This document shows positions 25,456 through 41,629 of a DNA stretch of 64,000 nucleotides, in pieces. The DNA lies in the NCBI RefSeq assembly GCF_009914755.1, contig NC_060928.1; one strand, given 5' to 3'. The translations under genes were made by a program, and so were the position numbers. Every line of letters begins with the position of its first letter. The stretch's first letter is position 1. The stretch is from the human T2T-CHM13v2.0 reference genome, Homo sapiens. Under the pieces are notes generated by a model, which saw only the letters and a program-made list of their open reading frames with translations, was not told where the DNA came from and searched no databases.

Positions 25456-25820
25456 TATAGATAGACATCTATTATCATATTATATCCATAGATATAATAA
25501 TACATAACATTATATTATTATATAACATTATAATACTATAATGTATATTATAATTATATATAATATACAATATATAATATAATTATACATAGTAACATAA
25601 TATTATCTATCTATAATATTACCTATCATGTCTTATCTATATATTACAAATATAATTGTAATATATATATAGATATTTATATATCATATATAAATATCTA
25701 TCTATATATAGAGATAAATACCTAATTAGATATTAGATATTTAGATAATTAGATAGATATTTAGATAATATCGATATATGGAATGTTACAATTATATTTA
25801 ATATATAATCATAGATAATT
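25456..25820. repeat. AT-rich (TA)n-derived low-complexity region
   Basis: About 360 bp of degenerate TA/TATC/TAGA repeats. Confidence 0.85.
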
Positions 25821-26159
25821 TTAGAAATAAATGCTACAACTAAAGTAAAAATTGTAATTTTCTATTAATATTTTACATTAAATTACATGATTATGTAATT
25901 CCATATACTTCTCTAGTATAGAGAGTTTTAAAGTATTGTTTACTAGTGTATCTTTAATGTCAATTGCAGTATTTGTCACGTAGAAGATACTAAATATTTG
26001 ATTAATTGAATTAAGGGGTAAGTGAAAAATCTCCTTCCTCCCTGGGCCCCATTCACCCAGTTCTTACACCACTCTAATAGGAAACTATTATTTTGGGTTC
26101 TATGTACATTCTCACAGAGCTGTTAGGCAGAAAAAAGCAATGCATAATGCTTGTTTGTT

Positions 26160-26386
26160 CAATTTTTGACAACTTTGTTAAGGTATAATTGGCATACAAT
26201 ACATGATACATGTTTAACATGTATAATTTCATAATTTCTGACATAAATACGTCCATGAAACCCTCCCACAATCAAGAGAGTAAACATATCCATCAATCTC
26301 AAAAGCTTCCTTGCACTCCTTTGTCATCTCTCTCTCCTGCCCTCCCATGTCACTCCCACCTCCATCCCCAAGCAACCACTGATTTG

Positions 26387-26390
<4 letters not shown>
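26160..26390 (-). mobile_element. Old L1MB-like 3' end, split by the L1HS and resuming at about 32476-32625
   Basis: aactttgttaaggtataattggcatacaat...ccccaagcaaccactgatttgcttt|atgttactgtagattagttt reads colinearly across the L1HS. Confidence 0.7.
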
Positions 26391-26417
<27 letters not shown>

Positions 26418-26664
26418 CTTTTTTTTCTTTTTTTTTTTTTTTTTATTTTTTTTTTTTTTATTATACTCTCAGTTTTAGGGTACATGTGCACATTGTGCAG
26501 GTTAGTTACATATGTATACATGTGCCATGCTGGTGCACTGCACCCACTAATGTGTCATCTAGCATTAGGTATATCTCCCAATGCTATCCCTCCCCCCTCC
26601 CCCGACCCCACCACAGTCCCCAGAGTGTGATATTCCCCTTCCTGTGTCCATGTGATCTCATTGT

Positions 26665-30517
<3,853 letters not shown>

Positions 30518-30556
30518 TCATTAGTTGATGCAGTTTCTTCCTAGTCTCGATGGTCT

Positions 30557-31573
30557 TTACATTTTGGCATGATTTTGCAGCGGCTGGTACCGGTTGTTCC
30601 TTTCCATGTTTAGTGATTCCTTCAGGAGCTCTTTTAGGGCAGGCCTGGTGGTGACAAAATCTCTCAGCATTTGCTTGTCTATAAAGTATTTTATTTCTCC
30701 TTCACTTATGAAGCTTAGTTTGGCTGGATATGAAATTCTGGGTTGAAAATTCTTTTCTTTAAGAATGTTGAATATTGGCCCCCACTCTCTTCTGGCTTGT
30801 AGGGTTTCTGCCGAGAGATCCGCTGTTAGTCTGATGGGCTTTCCTTTGAGGGTAACCTGACCTTTCTCTCTGGCTGCCCTTAACATTTTTTCCTTCATTT
30901 CAACTTTGGTGAATCTGACAAGTATGTGTCTTGGAGTTGCTCTTCTCGAGGAGTATCTTTGTGGCGTTCTCTGTATTTCCTGAATCTGAACGTTGGCCTG
31001 CCTTGCTAGATTGGGGAAGTTCTCCTGGATAATATCCTGCAGAGTGTTTTCCAACTTGGTTCCATTCTCCACATCACTTTCAGGTACACCAATCAGACGT
31101 AGATTTGGTCTTTTCACATAGTCCCATATTTCTTGGAGGCTTTGCTCATTTCTTTTTATTCTTTTTTCTCTAAACTTCCCTTCTCGCTTCATTTCATTCA
31201 TTTCATCTTCCATTGCTGATACCCTTTCTTCCAGTTGATCGCATCGGCTCCTGAGGCTTCTGCATTCTTCACGTAGTTCTCGAGCCTTGGTTTTCAGCTC
31301 CATCAGCTCCTTTAAGCACTTCTCTGTATTGGTTATTCTAGTTATACATTCTTCTAAATTTTTTTCAAAGTTTTCAACTTCTTTGCCTTTGGTTTGAATG
31401 TCCTCCCGTAGCTCAGAGTAATTTGATCGTCTGAAGCCTTCTTCTCTCAGCTCGTCAAAATCATTCTCCATCCAGCTTTGTTCTGTTGCTAGTGAGGAAC
31501 TGCGTTCCTTTGGAGGAGGAGAGGCGCTCTGCGTTTTAGAGTTTCCAGTTTTTCTGTTCTGTTTTTTCCCCAT
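30557..31573 (-). CDS. L1 ORF1p, 338 aa, open
   Basis: Full ORF MGKKQNRK...QNHAKM with REKG, ARR and YPAKLS motifs intact. Confidence 0.95.
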   Translation of the reverse strand: MGKKQNRKTGNSKTQSASPPPKERSSSLATEQSWMENDFDELREEGFRRSNYSELREDIQTKGKEVENFEKNLEECITRITNTEKCLKELMELKTKARELREECRSLRSRCDQLEERVSAMEDEMNEMKREGKFREKRIKRNEQSLQEIWDYVKRPNLRLIGVPESDVENGTKLENTLQDIIQENFPNLARQANVQIQEIQRTPQRYSSRRATPRHILVRFTKVEMKEKMLRAAREKGQVTLKGKPIRLTADLSAETLQARREWGPIFNILKEKNFQPRISYPAKLSFISEGEIKYFIDKQMLRDFVTTRPALKELLKESLNMERNNRYQPLQNHAKM

Positions 31574-32475
31574 CTTTGTGGTTTTATCTACTTTTGGTCT
31601 TTGATGATGGTGATGTACAGATGGGTTTTCGGTGTAGATGTCCTTTCTGGTTGTTAGTTTTCCTTCTAACAGACAGGACCCTCAGCTGCAGGTCTGTTGG
31701 AATACCCTGCCGTGTGAGGTGTCAGTGTGCCCCTGCTGGGGGGTGCCTCCCAGTTAGGCTGCTCGGGGGTCAGGGGTCAGGGACCCACTTGAGGAGGCAG
31801 TCTGCCCGTTCTCAGATCTCCAGCTGCGTGCTGGGAGAACCACTGCTCTCTTCAAAGCTGTCAGACAGGGACACTTAAGTCTGCAGAGGTTACTGCTGTC
31901 TTTTTGTTTGTCTGTGCCCTGCCCCCAGAGGTGGAGCCTACAGAGGCAGGCAGGCCTCCTTGAGCTGTGGTGGGCTCCACCCAGTTCGAGCTTCCCGGCT
32001 GCTTTGTTTACCTAAGCAAGCCTGGGCAATGGCGGGCGCCCCTCCCCCAGCCTCGTTGCCGCCTTGCAGTTTGATCTCAGACTGCTGTGCTAGCAATCAG
32101 CGAGATTCCGTGGGCGTAGGACCCTCTGAGCCAGGTGTGGGATATAGTCTCGTGGTGCGCCGTTTCTTAAGCCGGTCTGAAAAGCGCAATATTCGGGTGG
32201 GAGTGACCCGATTTTCCAGGTACGTCCGTCACCCCTTTCTTTGACTCGGAAAGGGAACTCCCTGACCCCTTGCGCTTCCCAGGTGAGGCAATGCCTCGCC
32301 CTGCTTCGGCTTGCGCACGGTGCGCACACACACTGGCCTGCGCCCACTGTCTGGCACTCCCTATTGAGATGAACCCGGTACCTCAGATGGAAATGCAGAA
32401 ATCACCCGTCTTCTGCGTCGCTCACGCTGGGAGCTGTAGACCGGAGCTGTTCCTATTCGGCCATCTTGGCTCCTC
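31574..32475. promoter_or_regulatory. L1HS 5'UTR: internal sense promoter, antisense promoter, CpG island, YY1 site
   Basis: High CpG density; intact CAAGATGGCCG on the minus strand at about 32458-32468. Confidence 0.85.
32029..32244 (+). CDS. L1 ORF0 (antisense, 71 aa)
   Basis: MAGAPPPASLPPCSLISDCCASNQRDSVGVGPSEPG...RHPFL from the ATG at 32029. Confidence 0.85.
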   Translation: MAGAPPPASLPPCSLISDCCASNQRDSVGVGPSEPGVGYSLVVRRFLSRSEKRNIRVGVTRFSRYVRHPFL

Positions 32476-33482
32476 CCACTGATTTGCTTTATGTTACTGT
32501 AGATTAGTTTATATTTTCCAGATACACTGGTTTATTTTACTCAGCATAATTATTATGAGCTTCATTCTTGGTGTTGCATGTCCATTCCTTTTAATTACTG
32601 AGTATATTCTATATTAGTGGAGATCCATTTGAGGGTTTTACGCAATTGGATGAAATTCTTATTTTACATGTGTTAGGTCCTAAATGAGCTGAATCTGATT
32701 CTATCTTTAGGCTAATCTCCTACTACTCTTTGATCTTCTTTATAGAAGTATTAGAATATCTTTTGTTCCACAAACTATGTTGGTTAAAGGGCTCTTATCT
32801 TTCCATATGCCAATCACTATGCTTAGAACAAAAAACTCCCTGTTTATGTGATACATGCCTATTTATCGTTCTGAGCTCAGCATTTGAGTACCTTTTAAAA
32901 TGCTTTCTCTATCTATGATCGAGATATTCTCTTCTATGTTGCCTCAGGATTGTACTGTCATCTCCTTTAATTGATTACACTCTATACTCATTATTTGTTG
33001 GCCCCATGTGCTTATTCCCTACTAGAATACGAGTTTTTTGAGATTCATACCATGTCATGGTTATTATTTTTTATAAACATTTAGCACAGTGCAATAATTA
33101 CAATTGATATAAATATAATTTTGTTGAACTTGCATTGAGATTATAATTTGGTTGGAATGAATGAAATAGAAATCTTGGAATTGCTTCTTTTCAAGCCCTG
33201 GAATTAAATAGAAGTGACAACAAAGATGACTTTTAGTGAATCATATCAGTGTAATTACCAAACAGACGGAGGCTCTCTTTGGTTGTTCTCAGTTTAGGAG
33301 CGTGAAGGCAGAGGCTGGCCATGCACACATGGCAGACCCACAATCCTCCACAGTCATGAGAATCAATACTGGTGGATTGATGATACTCAGTTACTTATTT
33401 TTAATCATACGTGAATAGTTTATTTTCTTTAGATGTTGTTAGCTCAAACAAGATTATTTGAGTGACTCTCATGAAATAAGTA

Positions 33483-33822
33483 CAGTCATGCACCTCAAGA
33501 CAACATTTTGGTCAAGAATGGACCACATATATGAAGATGGTCCCATAAGATTATAATAGCATGTTTTTATTGTATTTTTTCTATGTTTAGATACACAAAT
33601 ACTTACCATTGTCTTACAGTTGTGTAGAGTATTCAGTACAGTAACATGCTGTGCAAGTTCATAGCCTAGAAGCAATAGGCTATACCCTATAGCTTTGGTG
33701 TATCATGATGGAATATACTATCTACATTTGTGTAAATATACCGTATGATGTGCACACAAAGACAAAATTGCCTAGCGATGCATTTTGCGGAACACAACTT
33801 CTTCATTAAGTGACGCATGACT
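33483..33822. mobile_element. Tigger3a/MER7-like DNA transposon
   Basis: TIRs cagtcatgc...gcatgact with TA flanks; about 340 bp. Confidence 0.85.
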
Positions 33823-34572
33823 ATACCACAGTTTTTTAAACAGGTATTTTACCACATACTTAATCAATTAACAGTACACAGATACAACAAAGTAGTAATT
33901 TTTAAATGTGGTGGTTCTGCCCTAATAAGAAGCATTTGATAGCCAGGGGTATTTATTTATTTATTTGTTTAGGCCTGGTGATGACAACATTTACTTATTG
34001 TGGATAATGAATAGAGACAGTAAACATTCTACATTCTTGGGCCAGTCCTCTGTGAGGAAAAATGTTCCTGCTCCCAACCTTAATAATTGTGAAACACTGA
34101 TATCAAATAATAAGGGAATAATTATGAGGACATGCTTAGAAAAATTATCTTGGTACTGATTCTTTTTCATTGCCAGGTTCTGCTTCCAATGTGTGTCTTC
34201 TTCGGGGCTCTGTGTAAATGCCCAATCCAAAGGCTAATGTCCTGGGCACTTTCTTGTACCAATAATGTTATTTGAAATGCAGAAAGTCTTCGAGGTCTCC
34301 ATATGCAAATTCTTAAACCTCAGTTTTGATGGCATAACTTTCCTCAATAATAATACTTCCCTTCTTAAGCTATTTCTGCCTTTATTTGTAATTTCAAAAA
34401 CACGTGAAGATGACAGAATTACCAAAGTCCTCTAATTCTGTGAAAATGCTGCCTGGGAATTTCTGTGCATTTCTTGCTTACAGGCCGCTGCAATGGATAG
34501 GGTTTCATGGTGCTCCAGAGACTTTTTTCTCAGGAAATAGAACTGCATTTTCTCAATTTAAAGATACTTTAT

Positions 34573-34592
34573 ACACAAACACACCACACATA

Positions 34593-34632
<40 letters not shown>
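34573..34632. repeat. (CA)n microsatellite
   Basis: Direct observation. Confidence 0.95.
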
Positions 34633-34633
<1 letters not shown>

Positions 34634-35894
34634 TTATTTATTTCAGGATTTTGTATTTACCTTTATGGGCTAGTAATTCCTTATCTGTGAATAGTAATAA
34701 TGATAAAGCTATCATTAAATTTACATTTGTCCTAAAATGAATTGCATTTGAGAATTAGAGAAATGCGTTACATCGGGAATGAGTGTTGCCTATAGGAACA
34801 TTCTATTTGACCTCTGTTTGACCTCATGACTTTGGACTTGAATGTCTGAGAACAGATGTCTAAAGCAATATCTGTGTTCATCTGTCCATCTGTCTGTCTG
34901 TATGTATGTTCAGGGGTTAGCTCGGTACCTGGTATGTATTAATACTAGACACTTCATAATCGATAACTACTATTATTAATTTCACCCATTTCTGGCCTCC
35001 ACCTTCCAGCTTGTACACAAGTTGAGCACACTTACGTACATAAGCATAGAGCTTGGACTGATTGGCACTCTGGCAAACTCCCCCAGTGCTGTGTGTCTTT
35101 TTGCCCCTCTCCCAGTTTTGTCTCTGCCTGCTCTCTTAGATTGTTAATATCCACAGGGAACTCAGATGCCTGTGTCTAGTGCATGCAATAGAGGCAGTCT
35201 CCACAGAAACATTAGGATACAGAGCTGAAAAGGCCTCCCTTCCCCTTGACATCTTTTTCCTTTCCTCTCTTCAAGCCAACACACTGGTTGTACAAGTATA
35301 GATACATTTACATACTGACCGTTTCAGCAGTGACACTCGAAAAACAAAAGCAAACAAAAAACAGTGAGAGATTTGTGTGTACAATGCAGAAGGAAGTCAA
35401 GGAAGCCTTCAGCGTAGACATGGGTCCTCCTACTGTGATTTGTCCCCCCAGTGTTGCCTTGGGTAAACTGGCTTCTTTACTGCTGGTGTCACAACAAATT
35501 TATTTGCAGTCCAAATCCAGCCTGAAAAGTTAAGAGCCTGAACAAAAATTAAGTTGTGAATAATGAATTTTTTTTCCAATTTAAAGGACTAAATTTCAGT
35601 TTGTGTTTAAATATTAGGAGATCTGGCACTGATAATCTTATTTTGTCTTGGCAATGATCGCCTTTACTTACTAGCAACTGCCCTATTTTAATTACCCACA
35701 ATTCCCATCAATATCCATTGTTATACATCAGGGCTGCTTCACTTATTTACATTATCATCTGTCTGCTCATGTAAATAGAAGGTAGCAGTAAATAGTCCAG
35801 ATTAAAACATGTATTTGTAAAGGAAGTGTTTCTTAATTAGCAAGGTAACTCAGCTTTCTCTAGATTCAGTGCTCTCATTATTAATTCTAAAGAG

Positions 35895-36078
35895 CAATGT
35901 TTCTTGGGGTGTACCTCCAGTATACACTTGGTCAAAAGTTCCTCGGGTGCTTATTAAAATGATATTTCCTGGGTCTCAACCAGGACTAATAAATCAAAAT
36001 ATCTGAGAGTAAGGCCTAAGAATCTGAATGTTAAACTCACTCCTAAGATAACTGCACACTCAAATTTAAAGGCTGCTA
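35895..36078. mobile_element. MER5-like hAT fossil
   Basis: gtgcttattaaaatg..atttcctgggtc...aatcaaaatatctg...cctaagaatctgaatgttaaac. Confidence 0.55.
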
Positions 36079-36111
36079 TCATCTAAAATCCTTTTAAAAT
36101 TGACTCTCTTC

Positions 36112-36722
36112 CATTGCTCTATGGCTTCACCTTGCCCGCTGCCTAGAGAGAACCTATTTACCAAGACAGGAGAATTGCAATAGAGAAGAGTAATTCACAC
36201 AGAGCTGGCTGTGTGAGAGACCAGAGTTTTACTATTAATCAAATCAGTCTCCCCGAAGCAAGCATTCCGGGATCAGAGTTTTTAAAGATAATTTGGGGGG
36301 TAGGGGCTTGGGAGGTGGGGAGTGTTCATTGATCAGGTTGGAGATGGAATCATAAGGGGTCGAAGTTAGGTTTTCTTAATGTGTTCTGTTTCTGGGTGCA
36401 ATGGCAGAACTGATTGGGCCAGATTACTGGTCTGGGTGATGTCAACTGATCTATCGAGTGCAGGGTCTGCAACATATCTCAAGCACTAACCTTAGGTTTT
36501 ACAATAGTGATGTTACCCCCAGGAGCATTTTGGGGAAGTTCAGACTCTTGGAGTCAGAGGCTGCAAGTCCCCTAAACTGTAATTTCTAATCTTGTGCGAA
36601 TTTATTAGTCCCGCAAAGGTAGACTGGTCACCAGGCAAGAAAGGGGTCTTTTTGAGAAAAGGCTGTTATCAATTTTGTTTCAGAGTCTAACCATGAACTG
36701 AATTCCTTCCCAAAGTTAGTTC
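36112..36722 (-). mobile_element. LTR8-like ERV1 LTR, 5' end missing
   Basis: ttcaccttgcccgctgcctaga...gaattgcaatagagaagagtaattcacacagagctggctgtg...ctgaattccttcccaaagttagttc. Confidence 0.8.
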
Positions 36723-36724
36723 CC

Positions 36725-37937
36725 ACCATATCCAGCACCACGGTATTCCAAACAGCATTGCCTCAGACCAAGGCACTCACTTTATGGCTAAAGAAGTTCA
36801 GCAGTGGGCCCATGCTTATGGTATTCACTGTGGTATTACCATGCTCCCCATCATCCTGAAGCAACTGGAGTGACAGAACGGTGGAATGGTCTTTTGAAGT
36901 CACAATTACAATGCCAACTAGGTGACAATACTTTGCAGGGCTGGGGGCAAAGTTCTCCAGAATGCTGTGTATGTTCTAAATCAGCATTCAAAATATGGTA
37001 CTGTTTCTTCCGCAGCCAGGATTCATGGTCCAGGAGTCAAGGGGTGGATGTGGAAGTGGCATCACTCACCATCACCCCTAGTGACCCACTAGCAAGACTT
37101 TTGCTTCCTGTTCCCATGGCATTATGTTCTGCTGGCCCAGAGGTCTTAGTTCCAAAGGAAGGAACACTGCCACCAGAATACACAACAATGATTCCATTCA
37201 ACTGGAAGTTATGATTGCCACCTGGACACTTTGGGCTCCTCCTGCCTCTAGGGCTAAGAAGAGAGTTACAGTGTTGACTGGAGTGATTAACCCAGACTAT
37301 CAAGATGAAATCAGACTATTACTTGCAACGGAAGTAAGGATGGATATGTCTGGAATACAGGAGATCCCTTAGGGCATCTCTTACTATTACCATGCTCTGT
37401 GATTAAGGTCAATGGGCAACTGCAACAGCCCAATCCAGGCAGGACTACAAATGGCCCAGGGCCTTCAAGAATAAAGGTTTGGGTCACTCCAGCAGTTAAA
37501 AAACCATAACCAGCCCAGGTGCTTGCTGAAGGCAAAGGGATTACAGAATGGGTAGTACAAGAAGGTAGTTATCAACACCAGCTACGGCCATGTGACCAGT
37601 TGCAAAAATGAGAACTGTAATTGTCATTAGTATTTCGTCCTTATTTTGTTAAGAATATGTTTGTGGATGTATACACTTGTACTAAGAAAATATCTTCATT
37701 TTATTTCTTTTCTTTTTTCTTTATGATGAGATATAAGATTTATTGACTTCATATCAGCATTTAAGTCTTGTTAACTTTATGTAATATCATTTAGGTTAAT
37801 AATTAGTGCAATTCTGGTTGTACAAAGGATAGCTATATTATGTTAGACATAATTATGACCTTATTATTGCCTTTTTTGGAGATTAAGTAGGATTTCAGGA
37901 ATTGTGTATAAATGCCAAGTTGACAAGCAGTGGACTT
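36725..37937 (+). mobile_element. HERV-L/ERVL internal remnant: integrase 3' part plus dUTPase
   Basis: Translates to ASDQGTHF, HHPEATGVTERWNGLLK (integrase) then EVLVPKEG..., GVINPDYQDEI (dUTPase); no env; ends at an MLT2 LTR. Confidence 0.88.
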
Positions 37938-38500
37938 GTGATGGTTAATATTAGATGTCAACTTAATTGGACTGAAGGATGCCTAGATAGCTGGTATTGT
38001 TTCTGGGTGAATCTGTGAGGGTGTTGGCAGAGGAGATTGACATTTGAGTCAGTGGACCAGGAAAGGAAGACCCAACCTCAATGTAGGTAGGTACCATCCA
38101 TTGTACTGCCAGCAAGGCTAGAACAAAGCAGGCAGAAGAAGGTCAGATAATCTGGCTTGCTGAGTCTTCTGGCTTTCATCTTTCTCCTGTGCTGGATGCT
38201 TCTGTCTGTTCCCCTGCTCTTGGACATCAGACTCCAGATTCTTCTGCCTTGGGACTCTTGGACTTACACCTGTGGTTTTTCAGGGTCTCTTGGGCCTTTG
38301 GCTGCAGACTGACAGCTGCACTGTTGGCTTCCCGCTTTTGAGGCTTTTGGACTTGGACTGAGACACTACTGGTTTCTTTCTCAGTTTGCAGATGGCCTGT
38401 GGTGGAACTTTGCCTGTGATCCTGTGAGCCCAATAAACTTCCTTTCATATATACATATATTCCATTAGTTCTGTCCCTTCAAAGAACTTTGACTAATACA
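37938..38500 (+). mobile_element. MLT2 (MLT2B-like) 3' LTR of the ERV-L
   Basis: tgtgatggttaatattagatgtcaactt ... attagttctgtccct...tgactaataca. Confidence 0.88.
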
Positions 38501-39841
38501 GCATCCAAAAAAGTTCTAATATCCAGGATCTATAACTTAAACAAATTTACAAGCAAAAAGCAAACAACTTCCTTAAAAAGTGGGCAAAAGACATAAACAA
38601 ACACTTTTCAAAAGAAGACATACATGTGGCCAGCAAGCTTATGAAAAAAATGTTCATTATCACTAATCATTAGAGAAATGAAAGTCAAAATCCCAGTGAG
38701 ATACCATCTCACACCAGTCAGAATGGCTATTATTTATTTTGGCTATTAAAAGTCAAAAAATAACAGATGCTGGTGATAGATGCAGGAGGCAGATAAGGGA
38801 GGATCCCAGAGAATCTCTGACCCACCCCACGAGAGTTTACATCAGATGCTTTTGTGCAGATGAGGAAACCTGCCCAAGGCCTTGTGTGGGCATCCACAAT
38901 GGACTTGGGCCCGCCTGCGCACTGCGAGAATGGAGTGGAATCACTGGGAATTCACGCCTTATGCAGCGGGGACGAGCCTGGCCTCTTTAGCTTGTGTGTA
39001 GTTGTCTGGAATTCAATCTGTGAGGTGGGAGACTGTTGGCAGGACCTTGTTTTTTCACCGAGAGCTTTCTTTTAATAAACTCCATTCTCCTTACCTTTTG
39101 ATATGTCTGCATGCCTCATTTTTCCTGGTCATGTGACAAGAATCTGGATTTTAGCTGAACTAAGGAGCAAAAAATCCTGTATCACTTACAAGGTTGTGGA
39201 GAATATGGAATGCTTATGCACCGCTGGTGGTAGTGTAAGTTAATTCAGCCATTGTGGAAAGCAGTGTGGCAATTCCTCAAATAACTTGAAACAGAATTAC
39301 CATTCAACTCAGCAATCCATTTTTGGTTACATCCCCAAAGGAATAAAAATTGCTCTACCCTAAAGATACAAGCATATTTATCTTTATTGCAGCACTATTC
39401 AAAATAGCAAAGACATGGAATTAACCTAAATGTCCATCAACAGTAGACTGGATAAAATTTGGTGCATATACACCAAGGAATACTATGCAGCCATAAAAAA
39501 GAATAAGATCATGTCCTTTGCAGAAACATGGATGGAGCTGGAGACAACAATCCTAGGGAAAGTAACACAGGAACAGAAAAACAAATACCACATGTTCTCA
39601 CTTATAAGTGGAATCTAAACAACAAGAACACATGAAAACCAGGAGGGGAAAACAGACACTGGGGCCTACTTGAGAATGGAGAGTGAGAGGAGGGAGAGCA
39701 TCAGAAAAAATACCTATAGGGTACTGTGCTTATTACCAGGGTTATAAAATTATCTGTACACCAAACCTCTGAGACATGCAGTTTACCTATATAACAAACC
39801 TACATATGTACCCCTGAACCTAAAATAAAAGTTAACAAAAA
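38501..39841 (+). mobile_element. L1PA15/16-like 3' portion (ORF2 end + 3'UTR), interrupted by MER61
   Basis: ORF2 C-terminal similarity (EYYAAIKKNKIMSFAETWMELE); 3' end gtacccctgaacctaaaataaaagtt. Confidence 0.85.
38774..39184 (+). mobile_element. MER61-like ERV1 solo LTR
   Basis: tgatagatgcaggaggcagataaggga ... aataaa ... tagctgaactaaggagcaaaaaatcctgtatca; L1 is colinear on both sides. Confidence 0.8.
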
Positions 39842-40187
39842 TCAATTCTCCTTGGGTGACACTGACTTTAATGAATGTTCTTTTTGTTATCTTGTAAAGG
39901 TTCTGAAATTAACTTTTTAAATTTCTGGATTATCTCTGGGGGAGGGACACCTCAAGGTCTTTCAGTTAAATTATTACAAGCACTTTCTCTTCTTTGTGAC
40001 ATAATCATCATTGTCAGTTTCATCATCATCTTTGTTCTAGTATATACCCATTTCTTTAGAAGAATTTCCTATCCAGCCTCAACCTTGATATAGTGCTGCT
40101 ACCACTAAGGATATATATAAAGTACCACTGCCCAGCAGTGCAGTGACAGCCAGATTGTACATCTTAGTTTGAAAATACTTTAGTAGA

Positions 40188-40416
40188 GAGTTGTTCTCGA
40201 CTGGGGCAAATTTTCTTCTCTAAAGAATATTTGGCAATGTCTGGAGATATTTTTGGTTGTCTTATGATGGGAGGCAGGGAGTGGGTGCTACTGACATCTG
40301 GTGGGTAGAAACAGCAGGGATGCCATTATAACCATCCCACAATGCACAGAAAAGCCCCCAAACTGAAGAATTATCCAGCTCAAAATGTCAAAATTGCTGA
40401 GCTAGGGAAAGCCTGC
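40188..40416. mobile_element. MER20 hAT fossil
   Basis: atttggcaatgtctggagatatttttggttgtc...gaattatccagctcaaaatgtcaa. Confidence 0.85.
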
Positions 40417-40619
40417 TTTAGAATTTTCTTTCAAGATTGAAATGCTCTAGAAGCCAGAAACATCTACTTTTGCCCATAGTTCCACTTGTAAGTGACAGCA
40501 GCTGAAAACCATCCTGGATCTTGGGATACAGGGACATGGGAACTTGAGATGTGGGACTGGACAACAATCCCTTCAGTGGTCCTCTGTCACACAGAGTTTA
40601 TAAGTCAAAGTCCTTACCC

Positions 40620-40806
40620 TGTGGTCCTTAAGCATTAGCATACATCAGAATCCACTGAGGGTTTGCTAAAACACAGATTTCTGGACCTTATCTGTGGGGT
40701 TTCTATTTCGGAGGGACTGAGGGGTTGCCAAAAGTTTGCATTTCTTAAAAGTTATTTGGAAGTGCTGATGCTTCTGGCCTAGGGACCACAGTTGAAACAC
40801 CACTGC
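40620..40806. mobile_element. MER5A-like hAT fossil
   Basis: catcagaatc...ttgctaaaacacagatt...gctgatgcttctggcctagggaccaca...accactg. Confidence 0.75.
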
Positions 40807-41629
40807 CTTAGCCTGTTCCTCTGAGCCTGGTCTCAGTCTGTCCTTGGAACATTTTTAACTGTCATCAAGCGTCTGCAGCAAAGTCAGATGAAATTCCTCC
40901 TTGATTTCTGTTTATATCTGCCATTGATTTGTTTATTTGTTTGCTTACTTTTACATTGGATCCATAATTCTTTTCCTTTTGTTCAGAATGGCTTCTATTG
41001 CCAGTTTTCCACAATAACTCCTTCAAAGAAAATAGTGCCAGAAGAAACAAAATATGCAAATGAATAAGCAAGAAACAAAAAATCTCTGGTCTTTTCATTT
41101 AACTGTCTTATTACTGTTGATATAGTAACTGGTAGAATCTTTGTCTTCATTTGGTTAGAGGCAAATTGACATCTAACTATACCATGAATTCTGATTTGCT
41201 GATTTTATGTATGCCTTTCTTGCTTTATTTATTTATTTATTTTTGCTCATTAATATTTTTTAAACCCTGGTTTCTGCACCTCGTTATTTTTTAATTTTGT
41301 TGCATAAAAATTTTTATAAAGAATTTTAAATCTTTTGGAAAACAAGGCAAGATATAAATAATGAATTACACATCCTTCAGGGACTTTTAAAAATGCTACC
41401 ACACATACAAGAAATTTCCTGCTCTCATATTCTTAAAATAATATTGTAATGATGCTCTGTTCTGAATTCCCTTAGAATATTATTCATGCCCCTCATGTCA
41501 TGACTTTTTATGTTTTGATGTTTTAAATAATGCAGTATTTGATAGCTTAGTAGAAAATATGCAATGTAAATAGAAGTCAAGACACATAGCAATAGAACAG
41601 AAGTCCCTGAGTCCACCTTCTAACTTAAG

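Noticed and set aside
36804-37372. Intact retroviral integrase or dUTPase gene
   Set aside because: Frameshifted fragments of decayed HERV-L.
37960-37976. DUX4 site in the MLT2 LTR
   Set aside because: ttaattggactga departs from the motif at key positions.
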